This document shows, one piece after another, positions 28,395-37,633 of a stretch of DNA of 64,000 nt; the stretch's first letter is position 1; the number at the start of each line of letters is the position of its first letter. The DNA is from Syntrophomonadaceae bacterium (GTDB taxonomy: Bacteria > Bacillota > Dethiobacteria > DTU022 > UBA8154). The position numbers were made by a program, and so were the translations under genes. The stretch lies in contig PWRN01000027.1 of NCBI GenBank assembly GCA_003556225.1, positions 10,019 to 74,018 of the forward strand, in the 5' to 3' direction. The notes below the pieces were generated by a model. The model saw nothing but the letters and a program-made list of their open reading frames with translations, was not told where the DNA came from and did no database searches.

Positions 28395-29256
28395 CTACGC
28401 ATCCATTAACTTGTCATGCAAAAGTTTATAAAAGTTGTTCCCGCGAAAATTCACCACCCGGGTCACGCAGCTCGCTTTTTGTACTTTGATCACATCCTGG
28501 TATTGCAAGGCAAACCCTTCCTGTCCGTCAAAAGTGAGGAAAACTTCTCCCTGTTTTGTCGCGACGTTAACGGTCACCAGGTCTTCCATGTGAACAACGA
28601 CCGAACGCTGGTATAAGAGGTGCGGGCAGATGGGGGTAATGACCAGGGCCTTTAACATGGGGTTTAAGATCGGGCCTCCCGCGGACAGGGAGTAACCTGT
28701 CGAACCGGTCGGACTGGCGATGATCATCCCATCGCCGGGGTAACACTCCAAAAAATCATCGTTTACGTATGTATTTAGCCTGATGATCCTGGAAAAAGGT
28801 CCCCGGGAGATAATCACATCGTTCAAAGAAATAAAGGACTTGTATGGCTGGCCGTGGCGGAACACGTCCGCCTGGAGCATCATCCGTTCACCCAGCAGGT
28901 AATCTCCCTGGATTAATAGTTCCAGGTAATGCTCCAGCTCCGGGACTTCAATCTCTGCCAAAAACCCTTTATGTCCCATGTTAACCCCCAGCATGGGAAG
29001 ATCCATGTGGGCCAGTTCCCTGGATACCCGCAAAAAAGTGCCATCGCCGCCCACGACAATGACAACGTCCACCATTGCAGGCCATTTCTCCAGTTGCTTG
29101 ATCGGTGAAGGTAGGTGCAGCAAGGGAGAGCTTTCCGGTACGATGTAAACGGGGACACCGTGTTTAGCAAAAAACGATTGAATGCTTGCAATGACCGCAT
29201 GGGTATTCTTTTTTTGCCAGTTGGGTATTACGCCAATGCCTTTAAACAGGTTCCAT
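28395..29256 (-). CDS. nadK: NAD kinase; the 5' end appears frameshifted (ATG at 29256 is out of frame with the main ORF; about 44 in-frame N-terminal codons lack any canonical start)
   Basis: GGDGT motif and NE/D-short motifs in the 28395-29123 ORF. The NadK-like N-terminus GIGVIPNWQKKNTHAVIASIQSFFAKHGVPVYIV continues in frame upstream to a TGA at 29256-29258, with no ATG/GTG/TTG in between. The overlapping ATG (29256-29254) followed by GAACCTGTT would join this frame if one base were removed from the TTT/AAA run near 29244. Confidence 0.7.
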
Positions 29257-29301
29257 CACCCTCGAAGTTTAATCGAAAAAACACGTTCCACCGCCGCGTT
29301 C

Positions 29302-30153
29302 TTATCGCCGGGGAGTCGCTTCCTCTTTCTTTGCAAAGTAGCGATGAGCTTCATCAACCACAGCCCTGACCCACGGCTCGATTCCCTGCTGGCCGGGGAA
29401 ACGGTCCTTTGCGTGATCGTGTTTGAAATAAGCGAAAAACTCGATATTGCCCCGGGGGCCCTGCACCGGGGAATACGTGAAGCCTTGCAGCCCGTACTGC
29501 AGTTGCGCCGCAGCAGCGGTGATCTTCATGAGTATTTCTCGATGCACCGCGGCGTTTTTTATCACACCTTTTTTCCCGACCTGGGCTTTTTGGGCCTCGA
29601 ACTGTGGTTTGACCAGGCAGATGACTTCTTTGACCGGGAAGCTGGCCACCGTGGGCAAAATGTGCCGCAGGGAGATAAAGGATACATCGATGAGTGCCAG
29701 GTCCGGCTTTCTATCCAGATGTTCCCGTTTCAAGTCCCGGGCATTAAATCGTTCCAGGTTTACAACGCGGGGATGGTTTCTCAGCGCCCAAGCCAGTTGG
29801 CCAAAACCTACATCCAGGGCATAGACTAGGGACGCGCCGTGTTGGAGAGCACAATCGGTAAACCCTCCCGTTGACGCCCCAATATCGAGAACGATTTTTC
29901 CTGCAAGTACAACCCGGAATTCACGCAGCGCCTTCTCAAGCTTCAGGCCGCCGCGGCTGACGAAGGGGTGCAGCGGCTTTTTCAGCTTGATTTCTGCAGA
30001 TACCGGGACCGAAAAGCCGGGTTTATCTTTCACGATACCGTCAACCAGCACATTGCCCGCCATGATTTCTGCCCGGGCCCGGTTTCTCGTGTCCACCAGC
30101 TTCATGCGCAAAAGCAGGTTATCCAGGCGATCTTTTTCCGTGCGCCCTTTCAT
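29302..30153 (-). CDS. tlyA: TlyA-family rRNA (cytidine-2'-O)-methyltransferase (S4 plus FtsJ-like domains)
   Basis: S4 domain (RLDNLLLRMKLVDTRNRARAEIMAGNVLVDG) followed by a SAM-MTase motif (VLDIGASTGGFTDCAL). Start at the internal Met avoids overlap with dxs. Confidence 0.8.
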   Translation of the reverse strand: MKGRTEKDRLDNLLLRMKLVDTRNRARAEIMAGNVLVDGIVKDKPGFSVPVSAEIKLKKPLHPFVSRGGLKLEKALREFRVVLAGKIVLDIGASTGGFTDCALQHGASLVYALDVGFGQLAWALRNHPRVVNLERFNARDLKREHLDRKPDLALIDVSFISLRHILPTVASFPVKEVICLVKPQFEAQKAQVGKKGVIKNAAVHREILMKITAAAAQLQYGLQGFTYSPVQGPRGNIEFFAYFKHDHAKDRFPGQQGIEPWVRAVVDEAHRYFAKKEEATPRR

Positions 30154-30163
30154 GGGAACTCCC

Positions 30164-32065
30164 TTAGACTCTCTCTCGAATTTTACAGAGTTTTTTTGCC
30201 TCCTGGACAATACTTCCGGCCGTAAGGCCAGCGCTCTCCAGGATTTGATCCCGGCTGCCATGACCGGTGCAGGGATCATCTACGCCCATCAGCTTCACCC
30301 GGAGATCCGCTAATCCTTTTTCCGCAAACAATTCCAGCACCGCGCTGCCAAAACCGCCCCGGGTAACTCCTTCTTCTACTGTCAGGATATTTTTACATTG
30401 TTTTGCCCGCCCGCAGATGAGTTCATCATCCAGGGGAACGATAAAACGCGGATTCAAGACACAGGCTTTTATGCCCGCTTTCAGAAGGGATTCATGGGCT
30501 TCCAGGGCGGCTTGCACCATGGAACCCATGGCCAGGATCAAGAGATCATGGCCTTCCTTGAGCACTTTGCCTCGGCCGTAAGCCAGCTCACAGGGTTCCG
30601 GGGGGAGAGGTTCTGCGGCCGGGCCCCGGGGGTAACGAATCGCCGAAGGCGAGTCCAGGGTCAAGGCCAGCTTCAACATTGCCGTTAATTCCGTACCGCT
30701 TCCAGGAGCCATCAGGGTGATACCCGGCTGATGACGTAAATAAGCCACGTCAAATAGACCGTTATGGGTCTCTCCATCTTCGCCCACAAGTCCTGCCCGA
30801 TCCACGGCGAAAAGCACCGGCAGCCCCTGCAAGCAGACATCATGCAGGATCTGGTCATACGCCCGCTGCAAAAAAGTACTGTAGATCGCCACGACCGGTT
30901 TAAAACCCTCGGCAGCCAGTCCCGCTGCCATGGTTACCGCGTTTTGCTCAGCGATACCCACGTCGATAAACCGCTGCGGCCATTTGGCAGCGAAAGATTC
31001 CAGCCCTGTTCCCGCAGTCATAGCCGCGGTCAGGGCGATGATGGAAGCGTCTTCTGCTGCCAGCTGGTGTAAGGTCGCACTGAATAGCTGGCTGTATGTA
31101 AAAGGATTGCGCTTGGGAGGGAACCTGCCGGTTTGCGGATCAAATTTTCCCACACCGTGAAATTTTTGGGGTGCTTCTTCTGCCGGTTTGTACCCTTTAC
31201 CCTTCGTTGTCACGGTATGGATTAATACCGGCCCCTTGATGGTCTTGGATTGGCGGAACAGTTCCTGGAGCTGCAGAATATTGTGGCCATTAATGGGTCC
31301 CAGGTAGGTAAACCCTAACTCTTCAAACAGGATGCCGGGAACAAGCAGATACTTGACACTGTCCTTGATGCGCTCGGCGGAACGAACCATGGTTTTACCG
31401 ATATGGGGAATGCGTCCCAGGACATGTTCCAGGTCCTCTTTAAGCCTGGAGTATTTCGGATCTGTGCGCAAGCGGGCCAGGTAAGAAGGCAGGCCGCCCA
31501 CGTTCTCGTTGATGGAAAGTTCGTTGTCGTTTAAGACGACGATCAGGTCGGTATTGGCAACACCGGCATAGTTAAGGGCTTCAAACGCCATTCCGCCGGT
31601 TAAGGCGCCGTCACCGATGACGGCAATCACGTGATTCGTTTGCTGTTTTAAATCTCTGGCCCGGGCGATCCCCAACGCGGCAGACAACGAGGTGCTGCTG
31701 TGCCCCACGTTGAAGACGTCGTAGATGCTTTCATCTCTCCTGGGGAAACCACAGATCCCGCCAAAACTGCGGATTTGTTTAAATTGTTCCCGGCGACCCG
31801 TGATGATTTTATGCGCATAAGACTGGTGTCCCACATCCCAGATCACCCGGTCTTCCGGGAGGTTAAACACACTGTAGAGGGCCAAAGTTAATTCGACCAC
31901 ACCAAGGCTTGAAGCCAGGTGCCCTCCCCGTTGAGCGATCACAGAAACAATTAACCGGCGTATTTCCGCGGCAATACGCTCCAGCTCTTGCACGCTGCAC
32001 TTTTTTAAATCTCCGGGTTCGTTGATGCTTTCCAGGAGCAAACTCAAAGCAATACCCACTTCCAC
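30164..32065 (-). CDS. dxs: 1-deoxy-D-xylulose-5-phosphate synthase
   Basis: TPP-binding GHSSTSLSAALGIA and GDGALTGGMAFEALN motifs plus a transketolase-like C-terminus. 633 aa. Confidence 0.9.
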   Translation of the reverse strand: MEVGIALSLLLESINEPGDLKKCSVQELERIAAEIRRLIVSVIAQRGGHLASSLGVVELTLALYSVFNLPEDRVIWDVGHQSYAHKIITGRREQFKQIRSFGGICGFPRRDESIYDVFNVGHSSTSLSAALGIARARDLKQQTNHVIAVIGDGALTGGMAFEALNYAGVANTDLIVVLNDNELSINENVGGLPSYLARLRTDPKYSRLKEDLEHVLGRIPHIGKTMVRSAERIKDSVKYLLVPGILFEELGFTYLGPINGHNILQLQELFRQSKTIKGPVLIHTVTTKGKGYKPAEEAPQKFHGVGKFDPQTGRFPPKRNPFTYSQLFSATLHQLAAEDASIIALTAAMTAGTGLESFAAKWPQRFIDVGIAEQNAVTMAAGLAAEGFKPVVAIYSTFLQRAYDQILHDVCLQGLPVLFAVDRAGLVGEDGETHNGLFDVAYLRHQPGITLMAPGSGTELTAMLKLALTLDSPSAIRYPRGPAAEPLPPEPCELAYGRGKVLKEGHDLLILAMGSMVQAALEAHESLLKAGIKACVLNPRFIVPLDDELICGRAKQCKNILTVEEGVTRGGFGSAVLELFAEKGLADLRVKLMGVDDPCTGHGSRDQILESAGLTAGSIVQEAKKLCKIRERV

Positions 32066-32071
32066 CAGGAA

Positions 32072-32707
32072 TTAACCGCGCCTTTGCTGCTGCGTGTTGG
32101 TTCCCCAAAAGGTAATTTTATCCATAGCTGTTAAAACCCGCGCCGCCGCAAAAACCACTTCCGTGGAATGATTGATCGCCAGGTACTTTCCCACGGCCTT
32201 TCCGCCTACGGTTATCGCGGCAATCATCCCCGCGAGAAAGATATTCAAGTACAGTTCGTTTATCCCCGGTCGGAGAAAGGCGAGGTTGATAATGATAAAG
32301 GCCCCGATGGTACCACTGATCACACCGCTGATATCCCCGATCACATCGTTACAAAAATTAGCCACTTTTTCAGCGTTTTTTACCAAATAGATTCCTTTTT
32401 TGGCGCCGTATATTTTTTTCGACGCCTTGGAGTGAAAGGGCATTTCATCCGCTGCCGCCACAGCCGTTCCAATGGTATCAAACAGGATTCCGATAAAAAT
32501 AATCATAAAAAGGATCAGGAAAGAAACAATGGTGGAATTGATCCCCTGCACGAGCAACCGGGTGATCAGAGCTAAACCAGAAGCCAAAAAAAAAGTCCAG
32601 ATACTGGCCTTAAGGATCCAGCGAACCGTTCTCTGCTTTCTCTGGGTTTGCTTGCTGTTGGCCAATACCCCCAACACCTCATAAGTAATAAAGGACTTAG
32701 GTGGCAA
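32072..32707 (-). CDS. oapA: DUF21 (CNNM-type) transmembrane-domain protein; candidate OLE-associated protein A
   Basis: About 200 aa with four predicted TM helices and no CBS/CorC domains, lying between the OLE-like noncoding interval and dxs. This matches the described oapA context. Confidence 0.55.
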   Translation of the reverse strand: MPPKSFITYEVLGVLANSKQTQRKQRTVRWILKASIWTFFLASGLALITRLLVQGINSTIVSFLILFMIIFIGILFDTIGTAVAAADEMPFHSKASKKIYGAKKGIYLVKNAEKVANFCNDVIGDISGVISGTIGAFIIINLAFLRPGINELYLNIFLAGMIAAITVGGKAVGKYLAINHSTEVVFAAARVLTAMDKITFWGTNTQQQRRG

Positions 32708-33346
32708 TCATGTGAGTAAACTTTACGGCTTCAGGTCCAGCAGGTTTTCCCAGATGCCTACCTCGCTGTTGCCAGCGGGCAGTTTCCTTTTAAAGACATC
32801 TCTGCCGTGTTGCCAGCGGCAGGGCTGGATTGCCACTAAGACCGCACTTTAATCCCCACATGATCTCCCACAGGTGGGAACAGTCTAGGAGTTTTCCTCG
32901 ATAGTGCATTTACGCTTCCTAGCCTCTTTTGCAGTCCTGGTTTCCTAAGGCAGGTTGCTGCCTTTCTCCCCGCAGGACCACTCAAGGCAGGCTACACTGT
33001 GCCCAGCGTCTGCCGCACACAGGTTCTAGCCTAAGCCGTAGCGCTTTCCCAGTAAGGCAATTAACCACGAACTTAGGTCTCCACGAAGGTAGGGTCAACG
33101 CCTACATGCCTTTGTAGATCGCCCCATCCTTCTTAACTCCCAGCACCAACCCCCGACTGGGCTTCGGCAGCCGGCACCAGGAACTTCATTGATGTGCCCT
33201 TTGGCGGATTTTTAGGCCCGCCTTCAGAAGCGTTTGCCTAACTAGAATACTGCACCACCTATGTCCCAAGTTAATTATAGCACACTGCCTTATTAATCTC
33301 AAGATTTTGCCAAATGCTTGCCCGTGATCATCGATCTGGCAATCCC
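32708..33346 (-). ncRNA. ole: candidate OLE (ornate large extremophilic) RNA; exact ends unknown
   Basis: 639-nt interval with no ORF of 60 aa or more in the gene direction, rich in local hairpins (e.g. AGGCAG-GTTG-CTGCCT, CTGCCG-N9-CGGCAG). It is flanked by ispA upstream and a DUF21 membrane-protein gene plus dxs downstream, within the nusB-folD-xseAB-ispA-[ole]-oapA-dxs-tlyA-nadK-recN arrangement that defines the OLE locus. RNase P, tmRNA and SRP core motifs were searched by eye and not found. Confidence 0.6.
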
Positions 33347-34273
33347 TCAGTAATCCCTGTAAAAAACAAACCCGGTGATTTCCTGCAGGGCCCGGGCCGC
33401 ATCTCCGTAGGGCGCCAGAAGCAACATGGCCTGGCGATAGAGCTCGTCTCGCTTATCCATGGTTTTTTGCAGGCCCTGCGCTGCTACATAGGTGGCCTTT
33501 TCGCGCTGTGCATCCATCCCGCCAGCTTTACCCATTTTGTCCCGATCTCCCTGCACATCAAGGAGATCATCCACCAGCTGAAACGCTTCACCCAACAGTG
33601 AGCCGAAGCGGCCCAGGCGGGAGAGGTCCTCCTCCCGGCCTCCTCCCAGCAGCACACCGGCTCGCAGGGAGGCCTCGATCAACGCGCCGGTCTTTTTCTG
33701 GTTAATATAAGCAATCACTTCCTGGCCAGGATTTTTCCCTTCAGATTCCATATCGACAACCTGGCCCCCGATCATGCCGTTTACACCGGAAGACCGGGCG
33801 ATTTCATAAATCACCCGCAGCCGGGTTTCAGGCGCGACGTGCAGTGCATAAGCAGGAGAAAAAGGATCAGGGCCCGCTGCAGGATTGCGGCTACTTAAAA
33901 TCTCAAATGCCAGGGTCAACAAGGCATCTCCGGCCAGGATGGCAATAGCTTCACCATAGACCTTGTGGCAGGTCGGCTGACCCCTCCTGTAGGCATCGTC
34001 GTCCATGGCGGGCAGATCGTCGTGGATCAAGGAATAAGTGTGAATAAACTCTACGGCACATGCCGCCGGCACGGCCTGGGAGGTGCTTTCCGTGAAGAGC
34101 TCCGCGGCAAGCAGGAGCAAGGCGGGGCGGATGCGCTTTCCTCCTGCAAAAACGCTGTAGCGCATGGCCTTATGAATGTTTTCCGGGTAACAGTCCTCTG
34201 CGGGCAGATACAGGTCCATGGCCTGCTCCACAAGCGCAACCTGCTTCTTGAAACGCTCCGGGTGATTTTTCAT
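33347..34273 (-). CDS. ispA: farnesyl diphosphate synthase (geranyltranstransferase)
   Basis: First and second Asp-rich motifs (LIHDDLPAMDDDAYRRG and QLVDDLLDV), 308 aa. Confidence 0.85.
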   Translation of the reverse strand: MKNHPERFKKQVALVEQAMDLYLPAEDCYPENIHKAMRYSVFAGGKRIRPALLLLAAELFTESTSQAVPAACAVEFIHTYSLIHDDLPAMDDDAYRRGQPTCHKVYGEAIAILAGDALLTLAFEILSSRNPAAGPDPFSPAYALHVAPETRLRVIYEIARSSGVNGMIGGQVVDMESEGKNPGQEVIAYINQKKTGALIEASLRAGVLLGGGREEDLSRLGRFGSLLGEAFQLVDDLLDVQGDRDKMGKAGGMDAQREKATYVAAQGLQKTMDKRDELYRQAMLLLAPYGDAARALQEITGFVFYRDY

Positions 34274-34312
34274 GCGGCAAATCCTCGCCTCCTGGAAGAC
34301 TCCATTGTCTCT

Positions 34313-34576
34313 TTAAAAAGGATCATCCTCGCTGCTGAATTCTACTTTTGTCCCGTCTTCGAGCAGCAGCTCAACCTTTTCTTCCGCCTGACTCAGGATG
34401 TTTTTGCAGTGTTGGGTCAACTTCATCCCTTCCTGGAAGTTTTGCAGGGTTTCATCGAGGGTTAGCTCTTCCTTCTCCAGTTTTTCAACGGTGCTTTCCA
34501 GTTTTTTAATGGCCTCTTCAAAGGTTAAGTCTTCTAAAGGTTTTTTCGCCAAGGCAAATCTTCCTTCCTTAAACAA
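34313..34576 (-). CDS. xseB: exodeoxyribonuclease VII small subunit
   Basis: 87-aa coiled-coil protein (LTFEEAIKKLESTVEKLE...) immediately downstream of xseA. Confidence 0.85.
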   Translation of the reverse strand: MFKEGRFALAKKPLEDLTFEEAIKKLESTVEKLEKEELTLDETLQNFQEGMKLTQHCKNILSQAEEKVELLLEDGTKVEFSSEDDPF

Positions 34577-34593
34577 TTTAACCCGGGATAGAG

Positions 34594-35811
34594 TTACTCG
34601 CCTGTTTTTTCAATTTCTTTGACCAGGCAGCGGGCCCGCCCATCGACAAAAATGACTTCTATTTCACGATTTTCTCTCAGAAGGCTGATGCCCTTGATCA
34701 GCTGCTGGTTTTCATCCACAACCAGGGCAAATCCCCGTCCCAAAACCCGCATCGGATCTAACGCCTGCAGGCGATCTTCCAGGTTTTTTACCGTGGCGCG
34801 CTTCAGCTGTAAATCGTATTTGATACCACGTGACATCCTCAACCATAGCTCATCAATCCTCTGCAGGTGGTAATAGATCTTATCTCGCAAATACCGGTGG
34901 AACCTGGCACTGGAAAGGTGCTTCAGCAGATGCAAGCGGCCTGCCAGGCTGTTTTTAACAGCGCGTTCCAAACGAACCTTCATGACCTGGACCTGTTTTT
35001 CCAGCTCATTCCTATCGGGAGCAATAAGCTCCGCCGCGGCAGTAGGCGTTGAAGCCCTGCAGTCGGCGACAAAATCTGCGATGGTAAAATCCGTTTCGTG
35101 ACCCACTGCTGAAATCACGGGAGTTCTTGCTTGAAAGATGGCCCGGGCAACGCCTTCATCATTAAAAGACCACAGCTCTTCCAGGGAACCACCCCCGCGG
35201 GTTATGACCAGCACATCAAATTCTCCCCGCCGGTCCATCACTTCCAGGGCCTGGACGATTTGTGCGGCAGAATCCTTTCCCTGGACAGCGACAGGATAGA
35301 TGGTCAACTGTATAAAAGGAAATCTCCGTCGCAGTGTTGTAATGAAATCTCGAACCGCTGCGCTGCCGGGCGAGGTGATTACGCCAACGTTCCCTGGAAT
35401 AGAGGGCAAGGGCTTTTTGTGCGCCGCATCAAAAAGCCCTTGTTCTTGCAATTTTTCTTTGAGCTGTTCAAAAGCCTGGTAGAGCGCCCCCTGTCCTTCG
35501 GGTTCCAGTTCCTCGATATAAAGTTGAAAATACCCGCCGCGTTCATAAATCGAGGTGCTGCCCCTGGCAATCACGCTCATGCCCTCGGCCGGTAAAAAGG
35601 TCAGATGTCTGTTCTTTTGTCTAAAAAAAACGGCCCGTAAGATCTGCTCCTCTTCTTTTAATGTAAAATACATATGCCCCGAGGGCTTGTGGTGTTTGAA
35701 ATTCGATATTTCACCCAGGACCTGGATGTCCTGTAAAAGGGCGTCTTGAAATAATATCTCTTTGAGGTAGCGGTTAACCTGGGATACACGGTAAATGGCA
35801 TCCTTTTTCAT
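34594..35811 (-). CDS. xseA: exodeoxyribonuclease VII large subunit
   Basis: N-terminal OB-fold (VSQVNRYLKEIL...GEISNFKHHKPSGHMYFTLKEE) and catalytic domain. 405 aa. Confidence 0.9.
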   Translation of the reverse strand: MKKDAIYRVSQVNRYLKEILFQDALLQDIQVLGEISNFKHHKPSGHMYFTLKEEEQILRAVFFRQKNRHLTFLPAEGMSVIARGSTSIYERGGYFQLYIEELEPEGQGALYQAFEQLKEKLQEQGLFDAAHKKPLPSIPGNVGVITSPGSAAVRDFITTLRRRFPFIQLTIYPVAVQGKDSAAQIVQALEVMDRRGEFDVLVITRGGGSLEELWSFNDEGVARAIFQARTPVISAVGHETDFTIADFVADCRASTPTAAAELIAPDRNELEKQVQVMKVRLERAVKNSLAGRLHLLKHLSSARFHRYLRDKIYYHLQRIDELWLRMSRGIKYDLQLKRATVKNLEDRLQALDPMRVLGRGFALVVDENQQLIKGISLLRENREIEVIFVDGRARCLVKEIEKTGE

Positions 35812-36650
35812 AACAGTTTACAAGCCTCGACCAAATTGTCTAAAAGCATTGCAATCGTTACGGGGCCAACGCCGCCCGTGATCGGGGTAATCCAACTGGC
35901 CTTTTCCTGCGCTTCACCGTGGTCCACGTCGCCCACCAGGCGAGTGCCAACCTGGCTCAGGCCGACGTCCACCACGATCGCGCCTTCTTTAACCATATCC
36001 CCTGTAATGGTATAGGGATGCCCCACAGCCACCACCAGGATGTCCGCTTGCTTGGTGAAGGCGGAAAGGTCCGGGGTCTGAGAATGGATGATGCTCACAG
36101 TTGCATTTCTTTCCAGCAGCATGAAGGCTACCGGTTTTCCTACAAGCTGGCTGCGCCCGACGACAACGGCCCTTTTGCCTTCAATCTTTTCACCGGTTGA
36201 GTCAATCAGCTTGATAATACCCTTGGCCACGAAAGGCGGCATATGGTGTTCCCCGATCAAGAAGTCTCCCATATTTATAAAATGCAGTCCTTCGACATCT
36301 TTGCGCGGTTCCACGATCTGTGAGATCAGGGTATGGTCCAGGTGAGGCGGTAGAGGATGGATGTTGATCCCGTGGACAAGATCGGTTTCATTGAGCCGTT
36401 CGATCAGGTGGACGATTTCTTCGTCTGTTGTGGTTTCGGGTAGGTTAAAAACCCGGCACTTGATCCCGAGTTGCCGGCACGTTCTTTCTTTCAATTGCGC
36501 AATATGCACCCGGCCGACGGGACTTTTCACGACAAGAATCGCCAAACCCGGTGTAATGCCTTTATCTGCATGCAAGGACTGGATATCTTGTTTGATTTTT
36601 TCCTTGACCTCGATTGCAGCCTGTTCTCCATTAATGATTTTTGCGGTCAT
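35808..36650 (-). CDS. FolD-family methylenetetrahydrofolate dehydrogenase/cyclohydrolase paralogue 1, divergent at conserved active-site motifs
   Basis: FolD fold with GRSQLVGKPVAFML, ADILVVAVG, GAIVVDVG and PITGGVGPVTIAML. Canonical motifs are altered: SxxYVxxK becomes VGRVHIAQLK, VQLPLP becomes NIHPLPP, DVDG becomes DVEG, and PCTP becomes PPFVAK. Confidence 0.7.
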   Translation of the reverse strand: MTAKIINGEQAAIEVKEKIKQDIQSLHADKGITPGLAILVVKSPVGRVHIAQLKERTCRQLGIKCRVFNLPETTTDEEIVHLIERLNETDLVHGINIHPLPPHLDHTLISQIVEPRKDVEGLHFINMGDFLIGEHHMPPFVAKGIIKLIDSTGEKIEGKRAVVVGRSQLVGKPVAFMLLERNATVSIIHSQTPDLSAFTKQADILVVAVGHPYTITGDMVKEGAIVVDVGLSQVGTRLVGDVDHGEAQEKASWITPITGGVGPVTIAMLLDNLVEACKLL

Positions 36651-36766
36651 TTTCGACCCCCTAGCGGCATTTCCAGCTTTGAGGCCAGCTGTGCAATCCC
36701 CTGGCCCCAAAGCTCACCACTTCACGGTTGAAATGCCTTATCTTCAAAGAACTCAACTTTTTTCGT

Positions 36767-37621
36767 TCAGCTTTCAAGATGTTTTTTAAACGCTTGCAGC
36801 GCATTCCACATCAACATGGTAATGGTGATGGGTCCTACGCCTCCAGGAACCGGCGATATCCAGCTCGCGACCTCCTTGGCCTGGTCAAAATCCACGTCAC
36901 CTACGAGCCTGTCCCCTACCTGGGTTACGCCTACATCGATCACGATGGCACCAGGTTTGATCCAGTCACCCTTGACCAACCCTGTCTGGCCCGCAGCAGC
37001 GACCAGGATATCCGCTTCGCGACAAATGTCCGCCAAGCCCACTGTTTTTGAATGACAGAGGGTTACGGAGGCATTTCTTCGCAGCAGAATCAGGGCCAGG
37101 GGCTTGCCCACGATGTTGCTGCGGCCAATCAAAACGGCGGACTTTCCATAGACCGGTTGCGTCGTATGTTCGATCATATGCAAAATACTGTGTGCCGTGC
37201 AGGCAATGAAGCCTTCTTCGTCGCTGAACAGCTTGCCCATATTAATGGGGTGCGTGCCGTCAATGTCTTTTTCAGGATCTATCGCGTTTAAGATGACGCG
37301 TTCGTCAAGGTGGTCCGGCAGGGGCAGCTGGACCATGAACCCATGGATTTTTTCGTCCTCGTTGAGTTCTTCTATCACCTCGAACAAATCATCCTGGGAG
37401 ATATCCTCAGGCAACCGCCGGACCTCTGAATAGAACCCCAGCTTTTTACTCTGCTTTTCTTTGTTGGTAACATATGACAGGGAAGCAGGATTTTGCCCGA
37501 CCAAGACAACGGCAAGACCGGGAGTCAGGCCCGTTTCATCATAGATGCGGCCCAACTCTTTCACAATTTCTGTGCGGACGCTTTCTGCCACTTCATCCCC
37601 TTTAATCAGGTTGGCGGGCAT
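36767..37621 (-). CDS. folD: bifunctional methylenetetrahydrofolate dehydrogenase/cyclohydrolase, paralogue 2
   Basis: Canonical PASLSYVTNKEK, MVQLPLP, DIDG, GRSNIVGKPLALIL and PVPGGVGPITITML motifs. The PCTP motif is replaced by ACTAHS. Confidence 0.8.
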   Translation of the reverse strand: MPANLIKGDEVAESVRTEIVKELGRIYDETGLTPGLAVVLVGQNPASLSYVTNKEKQSKKLGFYSEVRRLPEDISQDDLFEVIEELNEDEKIHGFMVQLPLPDHLDERVILNAIDPEKDIDGTHPINMGKLFSDEEGFIACTAHSILHMIEHTTQPVYGKSAVLIGRSNIVGKPLALILLRRNASVTLCHSKTVGLADICREADILVAAAGQTGLVKGDWIKPGAIVIDVGVTQVGDRLVGDVDFDQAKEVASWISPVPGGVGPITITMLMWNALQAFKKHLES

Positions 37622-37633
37622 CCAGCATACCTC

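Noticed and set aside
32708-33346. Possibility that the ispA-oapA interval encodes RNase P RNA, tmRNA or SRP RNA
   Set aside because: Core motifs were searched by eye on both strands and not found: GGAAAGUCCGG and ACAGAAxCCGGCUUA for RNase P, the tRNA-like GGUUCGAAUCC...CCACCA end for tmRNA, and the GGUCCGGAAGGAAGCAGC domain IV for SRP. Context fits OLE RNA instead.
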